DNA of 64,000 nucleotides from a virus. Its lineage: Duplodnaviria; Caudoviricetes. The number at the start of each line of letters is the position of its first letter. The stretch's first letter is position 1. The position numbers and the translations under genes are program-made. The stretch covers positions 1-64,000 of IMG/VR virus record IMGVR_UViG_3300025653_000030; one strand, given 5' to 3'. This document shows positions 25,173 through 35,057 of this stretch, in pieces. The notes below the pieces were generated by a model. It saw nothing but the letters and a program-made list of their open reading frames with translations. It searched no databases and had not been told where the DNA came from.

Positions 25173-25504
25173 TGGTAAATACAATAGAGTTTCCAATGAC
25201 TCCTATAACCGAAGAAACATTTGAAAGACAGGGTTGGGAAAAACATATAGATTCAGATGGAGGAGCGAGCGAAGATGAACCATCTGAGTATTACTATTAT
25301 ATGTTACCATTACCTAAAGATAATCCTGATGAACGAGCACCAGCTTTAGTTTCTTCAACGAATGATGAATATAAAGATATTGAAGAAATGAAAAAGGGAG
25401 AATATTATATTGAAATCGATGGATTGTTCGGCCTTGGGTTTTGTAGATACGAAGAAGAACTTGAATCGTTATATCAGAATTTGACAAAATTACCATTAGA
25501 ATGA
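25172..25504 (+). CDS. Hypothetical acidic protein
   Basis: 110-aa ORF. Confidence 0.6.
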   Translation: MVNTIEFPMTPITEETFERQGWEKHIDSDGGASEDEPSEYYYYMLPLPKDNPDERAPALVSSTNDEYKDIEEMKKGEYYIEIDGLFGLGFCRYEEELESLYQNLTKLPLE

Positions 25505-25564
25505 CATTTTGTCATACTATAACCTTACAAAACTGACAAATTGTCATACTATAACCTTACAAAA
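25502..25564 (+). promoter_or_regulatory. Tandem 32-bp-period repeat, each unit with a TGACA-N3-TGTCA palindrome, upstream of hsp20
   Basis: TGACATTTTGTCATACTATAACCTTACAAAA at 25502 and TGACAAATTGTCATACTATAACCTTACAAAA at 25534. Confidence 0.7.
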
Positions 25565-25628
25565 TGAATTGGTATGAATTTGGTACAATTAATAGTAAAA
25601 TATGTTTAATTAAAATAAAAGGAATATT

Positions 25629-26000
25629 ATGTTTTACACAATTAATGAAAACTTCGTAGATAATTTTTTTAGAGATATCTACACAACAAAAACAACAAAC
25701 AGATTAAATTCATCATTTGAAGCAGAAACTTTAGAAGATGGTAAACAAAAAGTTACAGTTAACACTATTGGACATAATCCAAAGGATATTACAGTAGATG
25801 TTACTGAAGAGGAAATTACAATCAAATCTAAAAAAGGAGAAGATACTTCTTCATTTGTAAGAGATATTGATTTAACATTGACAGTTGGTACTGATTATGA
25901 TGGTACAAAAACAACTGCAAAATTTGATAATGGGTTACTCACTCTCCTCATTGATAAGAAGATTAATAAGAAGGCTAAAACCTTAAAAATCTCTTATTAA
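25629..26000 (+). CDS. Small heat-shock protein (Hsp20/alpha-crystallin)
   Basis: GHNPKDITVDVTEEEITIK and TAKFDNGLLTLLI alpha-crystallin motifs. Confidence 0.88.
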   Translation: MFYTINENFVDNFFRDIYTTKTTNRLNSSFEAETLEDGKQKVTVNTIGHNPKDITVDVTEEEITIKSKKGEDTSSFVRDIDLTLTVGTDYDGTKTTAKFDNGLLTLLIDKKINKKAKTLKISY

Positions 26001-26020
26001 TACTCATATCATTACTTAGA

Positions 26021-26047
26021 AAAGGGGGATGGAAATCCCCTTTTTTT
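26021..26047 (+). terminator. Rho-independent terminator
   Basis: GGGGAT-GGAA-ATCCCC followed by a T-run. Confidence 0.85.
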
Positions 26048-26088
26048 ATATTCTAATATTTATAATAGTACAACAAAATATATCATAT

Positions 26089-26268
26089 ATGAAAGATATT
26101 TATATACCAAAGGTTTCGAACATTATAGATTCTTGTATAAACAAGAACAAAGTTGTAAAGGAAATGGTTACAGGAGAAAGACCTGCCGATTCTAAAACAG
26201 CAAGTACCTATTTACAAGAAATAGAAAAGGCTCTTGAAGAAATCAAAGAGTTTATTGAAAGAGGATAA
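26089..26268 (+). CDS. Hypothetical protein (59 aa)
   Basis: ATG at 26089 follows TATTTATA (26057); the track start at 26029 lies inside the terminator. Confidence 0.6.
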   Translation: MKDIYIPKVSNIIDSCINKNKVVKEMVTGERPADSKTASTYLQEIEKALEEIKEFIERG

Positions 26269-26273
26269 TATAA

Positions 26274-27548
26274 ATGAAATTCAGAACATTACTATTGGGG
26301 TTATCCGCCCTATTTGTGGCATTTAACGCGGCTTTCTTTTCAGTTAGTGGTTTATCTAAACTATTCGCTGGTGCTTCACTATCAGTAATGTTAATGGCAA
26401 GTTCATTAGAATTAGCAAAACTTATTACGGCTGGTTATCTTTACAACTATTGGGAAAAGATAAACAAAGTATTTAGATGGTACTTGGTAACAGGTGTTGT
26501 TATACTTGTATTAATTACTTCACTTGGTATCTATGGATTCCTTACATCTGCATTTCAAGACACCTTTAATCAATTCTCAGTAAATGAAAAAGAAAAAACA
26601 TTCCTACAACAAAAAGAAAAGTTCTACTCGGATGATGTTGCAAGATATGATGAAGAGCTTGAAAGAATATCTAATAATATTAGTACTCTTTCCAATGCTA
26701 AATCACAATCAATCCAAGTACGGGACACATCGGTTGTGGGGGGTGTTAGAACCACGATATCCACGGCTGAGTTACGCTTGGCACAAAGTAGAATCAATGT
26801 GGAAGAAGAAAATCGTAAAGGTGTTCAAGCGAAAAGAGAAGTAGCCGCTGATTCATTACAATCTATTCAGTTAAAGATTTTAGATTTAGATACAAACTTA
26901 GAAGGTGCATCTGAATTAGGACCACTACAATATCTAAGTGGATTAACTGGATATGGAATGGATAGAATCATCAACTGGTTAATCTTAATCATTATCTTTG
27001 TGTTCGACCCTCTTGCAGTTGCACTTGTAGTTGCATTTAACAATGCTTTAAAAGTTGATAAAGGAGTTGTTGATAAACAGAAAGTAATTCGTAAGAGAGA
27101 GTTATATGATGAAGTACCTGAAGAAGAGGTAATGGATGAATTAGATAATGATGAAGATGAAGAAGAAATTGTTGAAGAAGAGGAAGAACTTACAGAACTA
27201 CAAAAAACATTGTTAATGGATGTAGAAGATGAGGAAGAAGTTCTACCAGATGAAGCAAGAGGATTTGCTCCACCAATAGAACAAGATTTTGATAAAGAAG
27301 ATTTAAATAAAGATGGTGAAGTAACCGAAGAAGAAAGAAGAAAGTTCTATGAACAAGGTGGATGGTCAAATTCTTATAATGGAAAAGATTACTGGCAACA
27401 TCCTTGGTTTGATTGGAAAAAAACTGAAAGATGGATTAATAATAGACAAGCCGTAAACTTCTGGCTTAACCATCGAGGTGGTACAATTAGAACATTGGAT
27501 AACTTGAAAGATAATTATCCTGATGATTTCACAAAAAAAACTTACTAA
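26274..27548 (+). CDS. Multi-TM coiled-coil membrane protein with acidic tail and EF-hand-like motif
   Basis: Three N-terminal TMs, long coiled coil, a further TM, DLNKDGEVTEEE. Confidence 0.7.
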   Translation: MKFRTLLLGLSALFVAFNAAFFSVSGLSKLFAGASLSVMLMASSLELAKLITAGYLYNYWEKINKVFRWYLVTGVVILVLITSLGIYGFLTSAFQDTFNQFSVNEKEKTFLQQKEKFYSDDVARYDEELERISNNISTLSNAKSQSIQVRDTSVVGGVRTTISTAELRLAQSRINVEEENRKGVQAKREVAADSLQSIQLKILDLDTNLEGASELGPLQYLSGLTGYGMDRIINWLILIIIFVFDPLAVALVVAFNNALKVDKGVVDKQKVIRKRELYDEVPEEEVMDELDNDEDEEEIVEEEEELTELQKTLLMDVEDEEEVLPDEARGFAPPIEQDFDKEDLNKDGEVTEEERRKFYEQGGWSNSYNGKDYWQHPWFDWKKTERWINNRQAVNFWLNHRGGTIRTLDNLKDNYPDDFTKKTY

Positions 27549-27551
27549 AAT

Positions 27552-27584
27552 ATTTGGATAATTCGATTTTTTTTCGTATATTTA
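27552..27584 (+). promoter_or_regulatory. Early-type promoter
   Basis: ATTTG-N20-TATATTTA. Confidence 0.75.
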
Positions 27585-27614
27585 CATTAGTAAATAAACT
27601 ATAAAAGAATAAAT

Positions 27615-28562
27615 ATGAATTTAGGATACGCTTGTATTAACATGACTTTGGGTAAACAAAAACCAAAAGTAACTACTAATCGTTCAATGATTAAGAGAAC
27701 CTTCTTAGAGAAGGGTTTAGAGTATGCTGGTGAATTATCTCTTCAAAACGCTAGAGATTTATTCACTATCTTAGAATGGAACAATCAGAACAACATCAAA
27801 TGTTTTAGATTATCTTCTGATATATTTCCATGGGCTTCAGAGTATGGTATTGAAAACTCACCATACTACAAACGAATTGAAACAGTACTTCAGGCGTGTG
27901 GGCATTATGCAACCACCAATGGTATTCGTATTACCTCGCATCCTGGTCCATTCAATGTACTTGTATCTCCAAGAGAAAATGTTGTAGAGAATACAATTAC
28001 TGATTTAGAATTACATGGTAAAGTATTTGATATGTTGGGATTATCTCGTACACCATATAACAAACTAAACATTCATTGTAATGGTGTGTATGGTGATAAA
28101 CAGTCTGCGATGGATAGGTTCTGTAAGAACTTCGAAAGGTTATCAGAATCAGTAAAATCCCGTCTAACGGTAGAAAACGATGATAAGGGTACAATGTACT
28201 CAGTAAAAGATTTGATGTACATACACGAAAGAATTGGTATTCCTATTGTATTCGATTATCATCACCACAAATTCAACACAGGTGGTTTAACTGAACAAGA
28301 GGCACTTGAATTGGCAATCTCTACATGGCCAAAAGGTATCAAACCAATTGTTCATTATTCAGAATCAAAAGCATTACACGAAGGTAATGAAAAACTAAAA
28401 CCACAAGCTCACTCTGATTACATCAATGATTTACCTGATTTATATGGTAACGATGTAGATGTGATGGTTGAGGCTAAGGCAAAAGAATTATCTATACTAC
28501 CATTTATTAATTCTAATAAGTGTGAGTATAGTGGATTATTAAGTACATCAAGTTATGAATAA
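27615..28562 (+). CDS. uvsE: UV damage endonuclease
   Basis: LGYACIN, FRLSSDIFP, HPGPFNVL, LTVENDD, FDYHHH, HYSES, HSDY, MVEAKAKE. Confidence 0.95.
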   Translation: MNLGYACINMTLGKQKPKVTTNRSMIKRTFLEKGLEYAGELSLQNARDLFTILEWNNQNNIKCFRLSSDIFPWASEYGIENSPYYKRIETVLQACGHYATTNGIRITSHPGPFNVLVSPRENVVENTITDLELHGKVFDMLGLSRTPYNKLNIHCNGVYGDKQSAMDRFCKNFERLSESVKSRLTVENDDKGTMYSVKDLMYIHERIGIPIVFDYHHHKFNTGGLTEQEALELAISTWPKGIKPIVHYSESKALHEGNEKLKPQAHSDYINDLPDLYGNDVDVMVEAKAKELSILPFINSNKCEYSGLLSTSSYE

Positions 28563-28869
28563 AATAAAACAACACTTACAAAGATATATAGGTTGGTACT
28601 TCTTAGTAGCATCTATATGGATGATGTTTCAAGAAGGATATGGAATGGAAGGATTCCTTATTTTCTTTTTAACCATTTTAAAAGTACCACCATTTGATTT
28701 AGTTGGTAGAGGATTCGATTGGGCTGGTAGAGTTGGTACAAAGTGGGGATTGAGGATGAAAGCTTGGAAAGAAAAACAAAACAAACCAGTTCAGGTATTA
28801 GTAACAATAATCGCTATTATTATAATGATACTAATCGTTTGGTTTATGCCAGAATGTGAATTATGTTAA
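28555..28869 (+). CDS. Hypothetical membrane protein
   Basis: Three hydrophobic segments. Confidence 0.6.
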   Translation: MNKIKQHLQRYIGWYFLVASIWMMFQEGYGMEGFLIFFLTILKVPPFDLVGRGFDWAGRVGTKWGLRMKAWKEKQNKPVQVLVTIIAIIIMILIVWFMPECELC

Positions 28870-29039
28870 CAGCAAAAGAATGGTTAGATAAACAAGAGTG
28901 GGAAAATAAGTTCGTTGAATCCACTGCTTGGTCACATCATACAATGTTAGATACTTTGATGGAAGTATATGCAAAGTATTACATGAAAGAAAAATTAAAA
29001 GATATTGAAAAGAAAATCAATGTTAATAAATTTATTTAA
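28863..29039 (+). CDS. Small hypothetical protein (58 aa)
   Basis: Overlaps the previous stop; below the cutoff. Confidence 0.5.
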   Translation: MLTAKEWLDKQEWENKFVESTAWSHHTMLDTLMEVYAKYYMKEKLKDIEKKINVNKFI

Positions 29040-29041
29040 TT

Positions 29042-29206
29042 ATGGATAGAGGTAAAAGGTTGCAGAAATCAGAAACTGCAAGAGAGAAAAGAAAGAAAGT
29101 TAAAGAGGTAGTAGATACCATCGAAAAAAGAAAACATGCTGATGTTAAAAATCTTAAAAAGAAATATAAAAAGATTAAAAATAGACATCACGATAATAAA
29201 TTATAA
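29042..29206 (+). CDS. Small basic hypothetical protein (54 aa)
   Basis: Lys/Arg-rich ORF filling the gap. Confidence 0.5.
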   Translation: MDRGKRLQKSETAREKRKKVKEVVDTIEKRKHADVKNLKKKYKKIKNRHHDNKL

Positions 29207-29209
29207 GTT

Positions 29210-29443
29210 ATGGATAAATCAGAAATAGTAAAAAATTTAAAACAAATCAAAGAACTCGTATCAGATACACCAACTATGGCAAAAGCCAGAATGGATTTTT
29301 TAATAGATGAAATTGAAAAAGGTAGACAATATAGAAGTAATCAAGGAAGAAGTGATAGCCAAGTTCAAAGTAATCACAAAATGTTATTTTGGTCTGTGAT
29401 TGGTTTGGTTGTTACATTTCTTATTTCATTATTATTTTCTTAG
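29210..29443 (+). CDS. Hypothetical protein with C-terminal TM
   Basis: 77-aa ORF. Confidence 0.55.
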   Translation: MDKSEIVKNLKQIKELVSDTPTMAKARMDFLIDEIEKGRQYRSNQGRSDSQVQSNHKMLFWSVIGLVVTFLISLLFS

Positions 29444-29466
29444 ACATAGTGGGAAACTTAAATAGA

Positions 29467-29664
29467 ATGCCAGAGATAGTAGTAGTACATAAAAGACCAC
29501 GAAAGAATGGTAAAATATTTTTGGAAGTATTTGAAAATACACGAGTAGATGATATTATAGTTACCACAAAAAGAAAACCATTAATACCAAAAGAAAATGA
29601 AATTTTAGAATTGGGAGTTGGTATATCGTTTGTAGAAAAATATAAGAAAAAATATAAGTTATGA
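29467..29664 (+). CDS. Hypothetical protein
   Basis: Internal ATG of the 29389 ORF preferred. Confidence 0.5.
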   Translation: MPEIVVVHKRPRKNGKIFLEVFENTRVDDIIVTTKRKPLIPKENEILELGVGISFVEKYKKKYKL

Positions 29665-30362
29665 TTGAACCGAATGGAAGTATTGTATTTTTAGGTGATT
29701 CGTTTACATGGGGACAGGGTTTACAATATTATCATCTGATGTTACACCATGGATGGACTGAATCGCAATGTAACGAACTTTTTGATAGATGTTGTGATGG
29801 TTCGTTTAGATTTGAGTTTTTAGGATTTGAGGCAGATGAATATAGACGAAAACATTCCTATCCATATATTGTTTGTAAAGAACTAAACAAAATAATGGTA
29901 AATCCAATTTTTGAAAATGGTGGAGATAATTCAAGAATAATTGACTTTATTGAATTATTACCCCATCCACTTTTTATATCACATAATTCTGTGGATTATA
30001 TAGTTGTTCAGTTTTCACATCCATTAAGACAAGTAGATATATCTAAATATAAAAGTGTAAATGAGTTAGTATTAGAACAAGTAAATAAAGTGAATGAGTT
30101 GTGTGAGAGATTAAATAAAAAGTGGTTTGGTATTTCTTGGATTGATGAAACTGCAAAAATAATTAAAGAAAACTATCCAGATAACCATGTTCCTATTTTA
30201 TATAAAGATAAAGAATATCTTTCAATGGATGAGAGAAATCATGATATAAAAGAATTACTTATAAATTATGATACTAAAATAAATGATTCACATCCAAGTA
30301 AAAAAGGTCATGAAGTTATGGCAAAATCAATTATAAATAAAATTAAATTAAGTTATGAATAA
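29661..30362 (+). CDS. SGNH/GDSL hydrolase-like protein
   Basis: FLGDSFTWG block I; DSHPSKKGH block V. Confidence 0.75.
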   Translation: MIEPNGSIVFLGDSFTWGQGLQYYHLMLHHGWTESQCNELFDRCCDGSFRFEFLGFEADEYRRKHSYPYIVCKELNKIMVNPIFENGGDNSRIIDFIELLPHPLFISHNSVDYIVVQFSHPLRQVDISKYKSVNELVLEQVNKVNELCERLNKKWFGISWIDETAKIIKENYPDNHVPILYKDKEYLSMDERNHDIKELLINYDTKINDSHPSKKGHEVMAKSIINKIKLSYE

Positions 30363-30585
30363 ATTAAAATTATATTGGGAGTTATATTATCCCATACTAT
30401 TAGCATTCCTATCATTTTTATATTCAGTATCCCTATGGTTTACTGGTAATAAATTAGAAGGGATATTTGTTGGAATTTGGGTGCCATCTATTTTGGCATT
30501 TGCAATTGCAATTAGACAAAGAAGAAATGATTTCTTTAGAAAAGAAGCGGCTAAGAGAAGATACAAATCTAAAAGAAGAAGATAA
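30355..30585 (+). CDS. Small membrane protein
   Basis: Two TMs with GIFVGIWVPSIL motif. Confidence 0.6.
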   Translation: MNKLKLYWELYYPILLAFLSFLYSVSLWFTGNKLEGIFVGIWVPSILAFAIAIRQRRNDFFRKEAAKRRYKSKRRR

Positions 30586-30812
30586 TGACTGGTAACATGA
30601 CTGTGATGTTTATTGTTGGATTTATAATCTTTGCATTATACTTAGTTGGTTTACTAACTGTGATAACCAAAGCACATAAACAACAAAGAACAGAATTAGA
30701 GAATGACCCTGAATTACAAGGATTTGATTGGGAAGCATACGATAGAGGTATGGAACAAACATACAACCCAAAAAGAAAGAGAAGAACATATAAAAGAAAA
30801 ACGAAGGTTTGA
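30585..30812 (+). CDS. Small membrane protein
   Basis: N-terminal TM and basic tail. Confidence 0.55.
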   Translation: MTGNMTVMFIVGFIIFALYLVGLLTVITKAHKQQRTELENDPELQGFDWEAYDRGMEQTYNPKRKRRTYKRKTKV

Positions 30813-31393
30813 AGCAAAAGAAGATTTTAATTGTAGTAGGACATCCTGATAAGAAATCATTCTGTTGGAATGGTATCTATAAAACTGCTACAAGACAGAT
30901 GAGGAAACACAAACAATCATATCGAGTGATTGATTTGTATAGAGATAGTTTCCAAAGACCAAGAACTGATTTGATTAAGAAGTATCAAGAATTGGTAACT
31001 TGGTCAACTCACATTTATTTTATCTCACCTGTGTGGTGGTTTAGATTAACTCCAAGAATGGAAGTATTCTTTGATGAAGTATTTACACCAGGTTTTGCAT
31101 ATAAGTTTGTAAACATAACTAAACTATATGCATATCCAAAACCATTCCTCAGAGATAAAAAAGTTAGAACTTATATTACACATGGAGCACCATCACTACC
31201 TGTCAGAACTCTATATCTTAACTCAGTCAAACTAAGATTGGTGTTGGGTGTGTTTACCTTCGTCTTCGGATGGAAACTCAGCAGATGGATAAAAACAAAA
31301 CAATTCTGGTCTGTTCCTTTTGTTTCTCATAAAAAGAGAACCAAGTATTTAACAACAGTAAAGAATGATATTAGAAAAGATTTAGGTCTATGA
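30809..31393 (+). CDS. NAD(P)H dehydrogenase (quinone), flavodoxin-2 family
   Basis: ILIVVGHPDKKSF, VIDLY, FISPVWWFRLTPRMEVFFDEVFTPGFAY; TTG start. Confidence 0.85.
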   Translation: MKQKKILIVVGHPDKKSFCWNGIYKTATRQMRKHKQSYRVIDLYRDSFQRPRTDLIKKYQELVTWSTHIYFISPVWWFRLTPRMEVFFDEVFTPGFAYKFVNITKLYAYPKPFLRDKKVRTYITHGAPSLPVRTLYLNSVKLRLVLGVFTFVFGWKLSRWIKTKQFWSVPFVSHKKRTKYLTTVKNDIRKDLGL

Positions 31394-32769
31394 AATTAAG
31401 AGAGAACCAAATAGAACCTGTAGCAATTGGAGTTGAGTTTTTTAGAACTCCAAAAATGAAACCATCGATTATCGTGGCACCAACTGCCTTTGGTAAATCG
31501 ATTGTAATTGCTGCAATTGCCAAAGAACTTGGTGAGAAGATTTTGGTTCTACAACCATCAAAAGAGTTATTAGAACAAAACTATAATAAGTTTGTTACTC
31601 TTGGTGGAACTGCATCAATCTATTCAGCTTCAATGGGTAGTAAAGAAATGGGTCGTGTAACATACGCAACAATTGGTTCGATAATCAATATTGCACACGA
31701 GTTCAAAAGTATGGGGGTCAGTAAGATTATAATCGATGAGTGCGATAGATATCCGAGAAACAAATCAGGACAATTGAGGAGATTTGTGGATGGTATGAAA
31801 GCAACTCATGTCCTTGGTCTTACTGCAACCCCCTTAAAATTACAAACCAACATGGGAGATACTGGCCCATACTCAAAGTTGGTAATGTTAACAAATCGCT
31901 CTAAACATGGAGTGTTCTTTAAATACATACTTCATGTTTCTCAGATTCAAGATATTGTTAAGTTGGGTTATTGGACACCATTAGAATATCAATCTTATGA
32001 TTTCGATACTGGTGCACTTGTTTACAATTCAAGTGGTGCTGAATATACACAAGAATCTATTGCTCGTTCTTATGAGAACCAAAACATTGGTGATAAGATT
32101 GTAAAGAAGATTGAAGAAGTATATGATAGAAAATCTATTCTTGTTGCAGTACCAACGATAGAACAAGCAACAGAACTTGCAAGAAAGATTCCACAAGCTG
32201 CAGTTGTACATGGTGGAACTCCTAAGGCAGATAGAAAGAGAATCATAGAAGAGTTTAGAAACCAACAGATACGAGTTATTGTACAAGTTAATGTACTTAC
32301 AGTTGGATTCGATTATCCTGAATTAGATTGCTTGATTACAGGTAGACCAACCGCATCAATCTCTTGGTGGTATCAGTTTGTTGGTAGAGGAACTCGTATC
32401 CACGATGAAAAAGAAAATTGTTTAGTTGTTGATTTCGTAGGTTCAGTAGAAAAGTTTGGTAAGGTAGAAGAACTATATTATAAAGATACTGGTGGCGAAG
32501 AATGGGAATTGTTTGGTGAAGGTAAGAAACAAATCACAGGTATTCCAATGCACGAAATAGGAATTCACTTAGAAGGTGGTGTAAATCTTGCAGAAAAAAC
32601 AAACGAAGATGGTGATATAGAAAAGGTTTATATGACCTTTGGAAAATATAAAGGTAAACCAGTTGCATCAATTCCACCTTATTACAGAAAGTGGTTGATT
32701 GATAATATAACTTGGGGGCCTTGGAACATAAAAGTAAAACAAGAAATAGAAAGATTATCTAATTTATAA
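31390..32769 (+). CDS. SF2 DNA helicase (UvsW/RadD-like) with a C-terminal FGKYKG module
   Basis: PTAFGKS, IIDECD, GLTATP, TVGFD, QFVGRGTR; MTFGKYKGK..IPPYYRKWL. Confidence 0.9.
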   Translation: MKLRENQIEPVAIGVEFFRTPKMKPSIIVAPTAFGKSIVIAAIAKELGEKILVLQPSKELLEQNYNKFVTLGGTASIYSASMGSKEMGRVTYATIGSIINIAHEFKSMGVSKIIIDECDRYPRNKSGQLRRFVDGMKATHVLGLTATPLKLQTNMGDTGPYSKLVMLTNRSKHGVFFKYILHVSQIQDIVKLGYWTPLEYQSYDFDTGALVYNSSGAEYTQESIARSYENQNIGDKIVKKIEEVYDRKSILVAVPTIEQATELARKIPQAAVVHGGTPKADRKRIIEEFRNQQIRVIVQVNVLTVGFDYPELDCLITGRPTASISWWYQFVGRGTRIHDEKENCLVVDFVGSVEKFGKVEELYYKDTGGEEWELFGEGKKQITGIPMHEIGIHLEGGVNLAEKTNEDGDIEKVYMTFGKYKGKPVASIPPYYRKWLIDNITWGPWNIKVKQEIERLSNL

Positions 32770-33446
32770 TGTATAGAAAACTTTTGTATAATGATAACTG
32801 TATTCTACATGAAGAAACGAATACAGTTATTTTTGATTTTAATGAAGAGTGGAATGATTATGTTGAATGGAAAAAAGATAATCCAAATCAATCATCTCAA
32901 ATAACTAATGATAGAGATGCTATATTAAGATGGAATCAAGGGTTACCAATTAAAGAAGACAATAAAGAAACAAAGTATCATAAAAATGGAAACTTATTTT
33001 ATGAAAAAATATTTAATAATGATAAACTAAAATCATATAGAGAATATTTTTTTGGTGGTAATATTCACAAAGAAACTTTATACAGAAACTCAATAAGATT
33101 AGAATTAGAATATAATGAAAATCCTAATTTACTTTACCTAAAAAAATATTTTAAAGATAATCAGCTAAATAAAAAAATAACATATTATAAAACCTCATCT
33201 CAGATATTTACATCGAAAACAAAAATATCTGAATCTGAATTTTTATATAAAGAATATTACGAAACAGGTGTTTTACGCTCTATTGGTAATTTAGATATAA
33301 ATAACAAAATGATTGGTGGTTGGTCTTTTTATTCGAGAGATGGTGTTATAGAATCAACACACTATTTTGCTGATGGTGAACTTGTTAACGAATCTGTAAT
33401 GTACACTCAATTGGGTGATATAAAAAATATTGTAAAACATGATTAG
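32769..33446 (+). CDS. MORN-variant repeat protein
   Basis: KYHKNGNLF, EYYETGVLRSIG, WSFYSRDGVI repeats. Confidence 0.6.
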   Translation: MYRKLLYNDNCILHEETNTVIFDFNEEWNDYVEWKKDNPNQSSQITNDRDAILRWNQGLPIKEDNKETKYHKNGNLFYEKIFNNDKLKSYREYFFGGNIHKETLYRNSIRLELEYNENPNLLYLKKYFKDNQLNKKITYYKTSSQIFTSKTKISESEFLYKEYYETGVLRSIGNLDINNKMIGGWSFYSRDGVIESTHYFADGELVNESVMYTQLGDIKNIVKHD

Positions 33447-34335
33447 TATTATAATTCCATTTGCAAGTTCTGATTCTGGTAACGATATTAAGTTACCGAA
33501 TCATCCAATAACTGTAACTGCGGATATAATTTATAATACAATATGTTTAGTAAAAAATATAAATAAAAAAATAAAAGTTGATAAAGAAATTATTCTTGTA
33601 GATAATACACACTCTTTTCCAAATATAAAAATGGATAATTTAAAAATAGTAAAAGGGTGGCAATCTTTAAGTGAAGATGAAATAAAAAAACAACCAACAT
33701 TTAATCGATATAATATTGATGATTTTAATAATCTTACAATGTGGGTATCTATGGCATTTAATATTGGTATAGAACATGCTAAAGGAGATTATATTATTTG
33801 TCAACATAATGATGTATTTTATCACAATGATTTTATATCCGACATGATTACACAAATGGAATCAGAATCATTAGAATACATTTCAGCAGATTATAAAAAA
33901 ATATTCTTATCAGCATATGTTAACAATAAAAAATCAATAGATAAGTTTTTATCCGATTATATAATATCACCAGAGGATGGTGGTTTTATTAGAACAAAAA
34001 AACTTGGGTTTGCTGATTGTTATTTCTTTATGTCTAAAAAAGAATTCTTTGATGATTATTATATTGATTGGGGATATGGTGATACAAATCATGGAGCTAC
34101 AATTAAGTGTTTAGAAAATAAAAAATCATTTTTACACTTAGAACCATTTCACGATAACCCAAACTTTAATACAAACACATTAGAGAGGGATTATTATTAC
34201 AAAGATAAACTTTTTATAACACACCTTAAGGGAGGATTTTCTGAAGATAAATTTTCATATTCAAATACTGCAGATAGTGGTGTGTTCAAAAAAGAAGTTG
34301 ATACTTTTAAAGAAAGATTAGAAGAAGTATGTTAG
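33439..34335 (+). CDS. Glycosyltransferase family 2-like
   Basis: ISIIIPF, EIILVDN, FNIGIEHAKGDYIICQHNDV. Confidence 0.8.
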   Translation: MISIIIPFASSDSGNDIKLPNHPITVTADIIYNTICLVKNINKKIKVDKEIILVDNTHSFPNIKMDNLKIVKGWQSLSEDEIKKQPTFNRYNIDDFNNLTMWVSMAFNIGIEHAKGDYIICQHNDVFYHNDFISDMITQMESESLEYISADYKKIFLSAYVNNKKSIDKFLSDYIISPEDGGFIRTKKLGFADCYFFMSKKEFFDDYYIDWGYGDTNHGATIKCLENKKSFLHLEPFHDNPNFNTNTLERDYYYKDKLFITHLKGGFSEDKFSYSNTADSGVFKKEVDTFKERLEEVC

Positions 34336-35057
34336 ATAGTTACATTATATATTTACCTAAATCAGAATTGAGTGTATCGACTGCAAATAAATCAATAGAA
34401 CGATTTGAAAAGATATATGGAACATCACCTATAAAGTGGGAAGGTGTTGATAAATACGATGTTTGGCAAAAATTTATAGATTCAAATTTTAAAGTAAAAC
34501 ATAGAAGAAGGTTTACAAATATAGATGCTGAAATAGCAACTTTCTTTTCCCATTTCTCCTTATGGAAAAAATGTGTTGAGGTAAATAAAAACATTTTGAT
34601 ACTTGAACACGATGCTTGGGTTGATAAAAAGATTGATGAAAACTTACTTGAACTTTACAATGGTGATGTATTAAATATAGGTAAACCGAATTGGGGAAGT
34701 TTTTTAAATCATCCAATAGAATCAAGTTGGTTAAGTAAACCAGATGGATTATACCAAAGAGAGATTTGTGATAAAGAACACGACTTACATAAACACAATC
34801 CAATAAGAGATGATATTTGTTATTGTGATACAATGTGGTTGTTTGGAGCACATGCATATGTAGTAACACCACAAGGAGCTCAAAAGTTAATTGATGATTG
34901 TCATAATGGAATACTACCAACCGATGTTTATATAAGAAGAAACCTTGTTACTATTCATGATTTGTTACCACACTCTATAAGACAAAAATCAACCTTTTCA
35001 CTTATACAAAGATGGAGAGTTCACCATAGACAAGAAATAAATAATTGGGATTATTAA
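34329..35057 (+). CDS. Glycosyltransferase family 25-like
   Basis: EIATFFSHFSLWKKC, LILEHDA, GAHAYVVTPQGAQKLI. Confidence 0.85.
   Translation: MLDSYIIYLPKSELSVSTANKSIERFEKIYGTSPIKWEGVDKYDVWQKFIDSNFKVKHRRRFTNIDAEIATFFSHFSLWKKCVEVNKNILILEHDAWVDKKIDENLLELYNGDVLNIGKPNWGSFLNHPIESSWLSKPDGLYQREICDKEHDLHKHNPIRDDICYCDTMWLFGAHAYVVTPQGAQKLIDDCHNGILPTDVYIRRNLVTIHDLLPHSIRQKSTFSLIQRWRVHHRQEINNWDY

Noticed and set aside
25502-25564. CRISPR array
   Set aside because: Only two contiguous units with no variable spacers and no cas genes.
26029-26088. 5' extension of the 26089 ORF
   Set aside because: It begins inside the hsp20 terminator hairpin, upstream of the TATTTATA motif.
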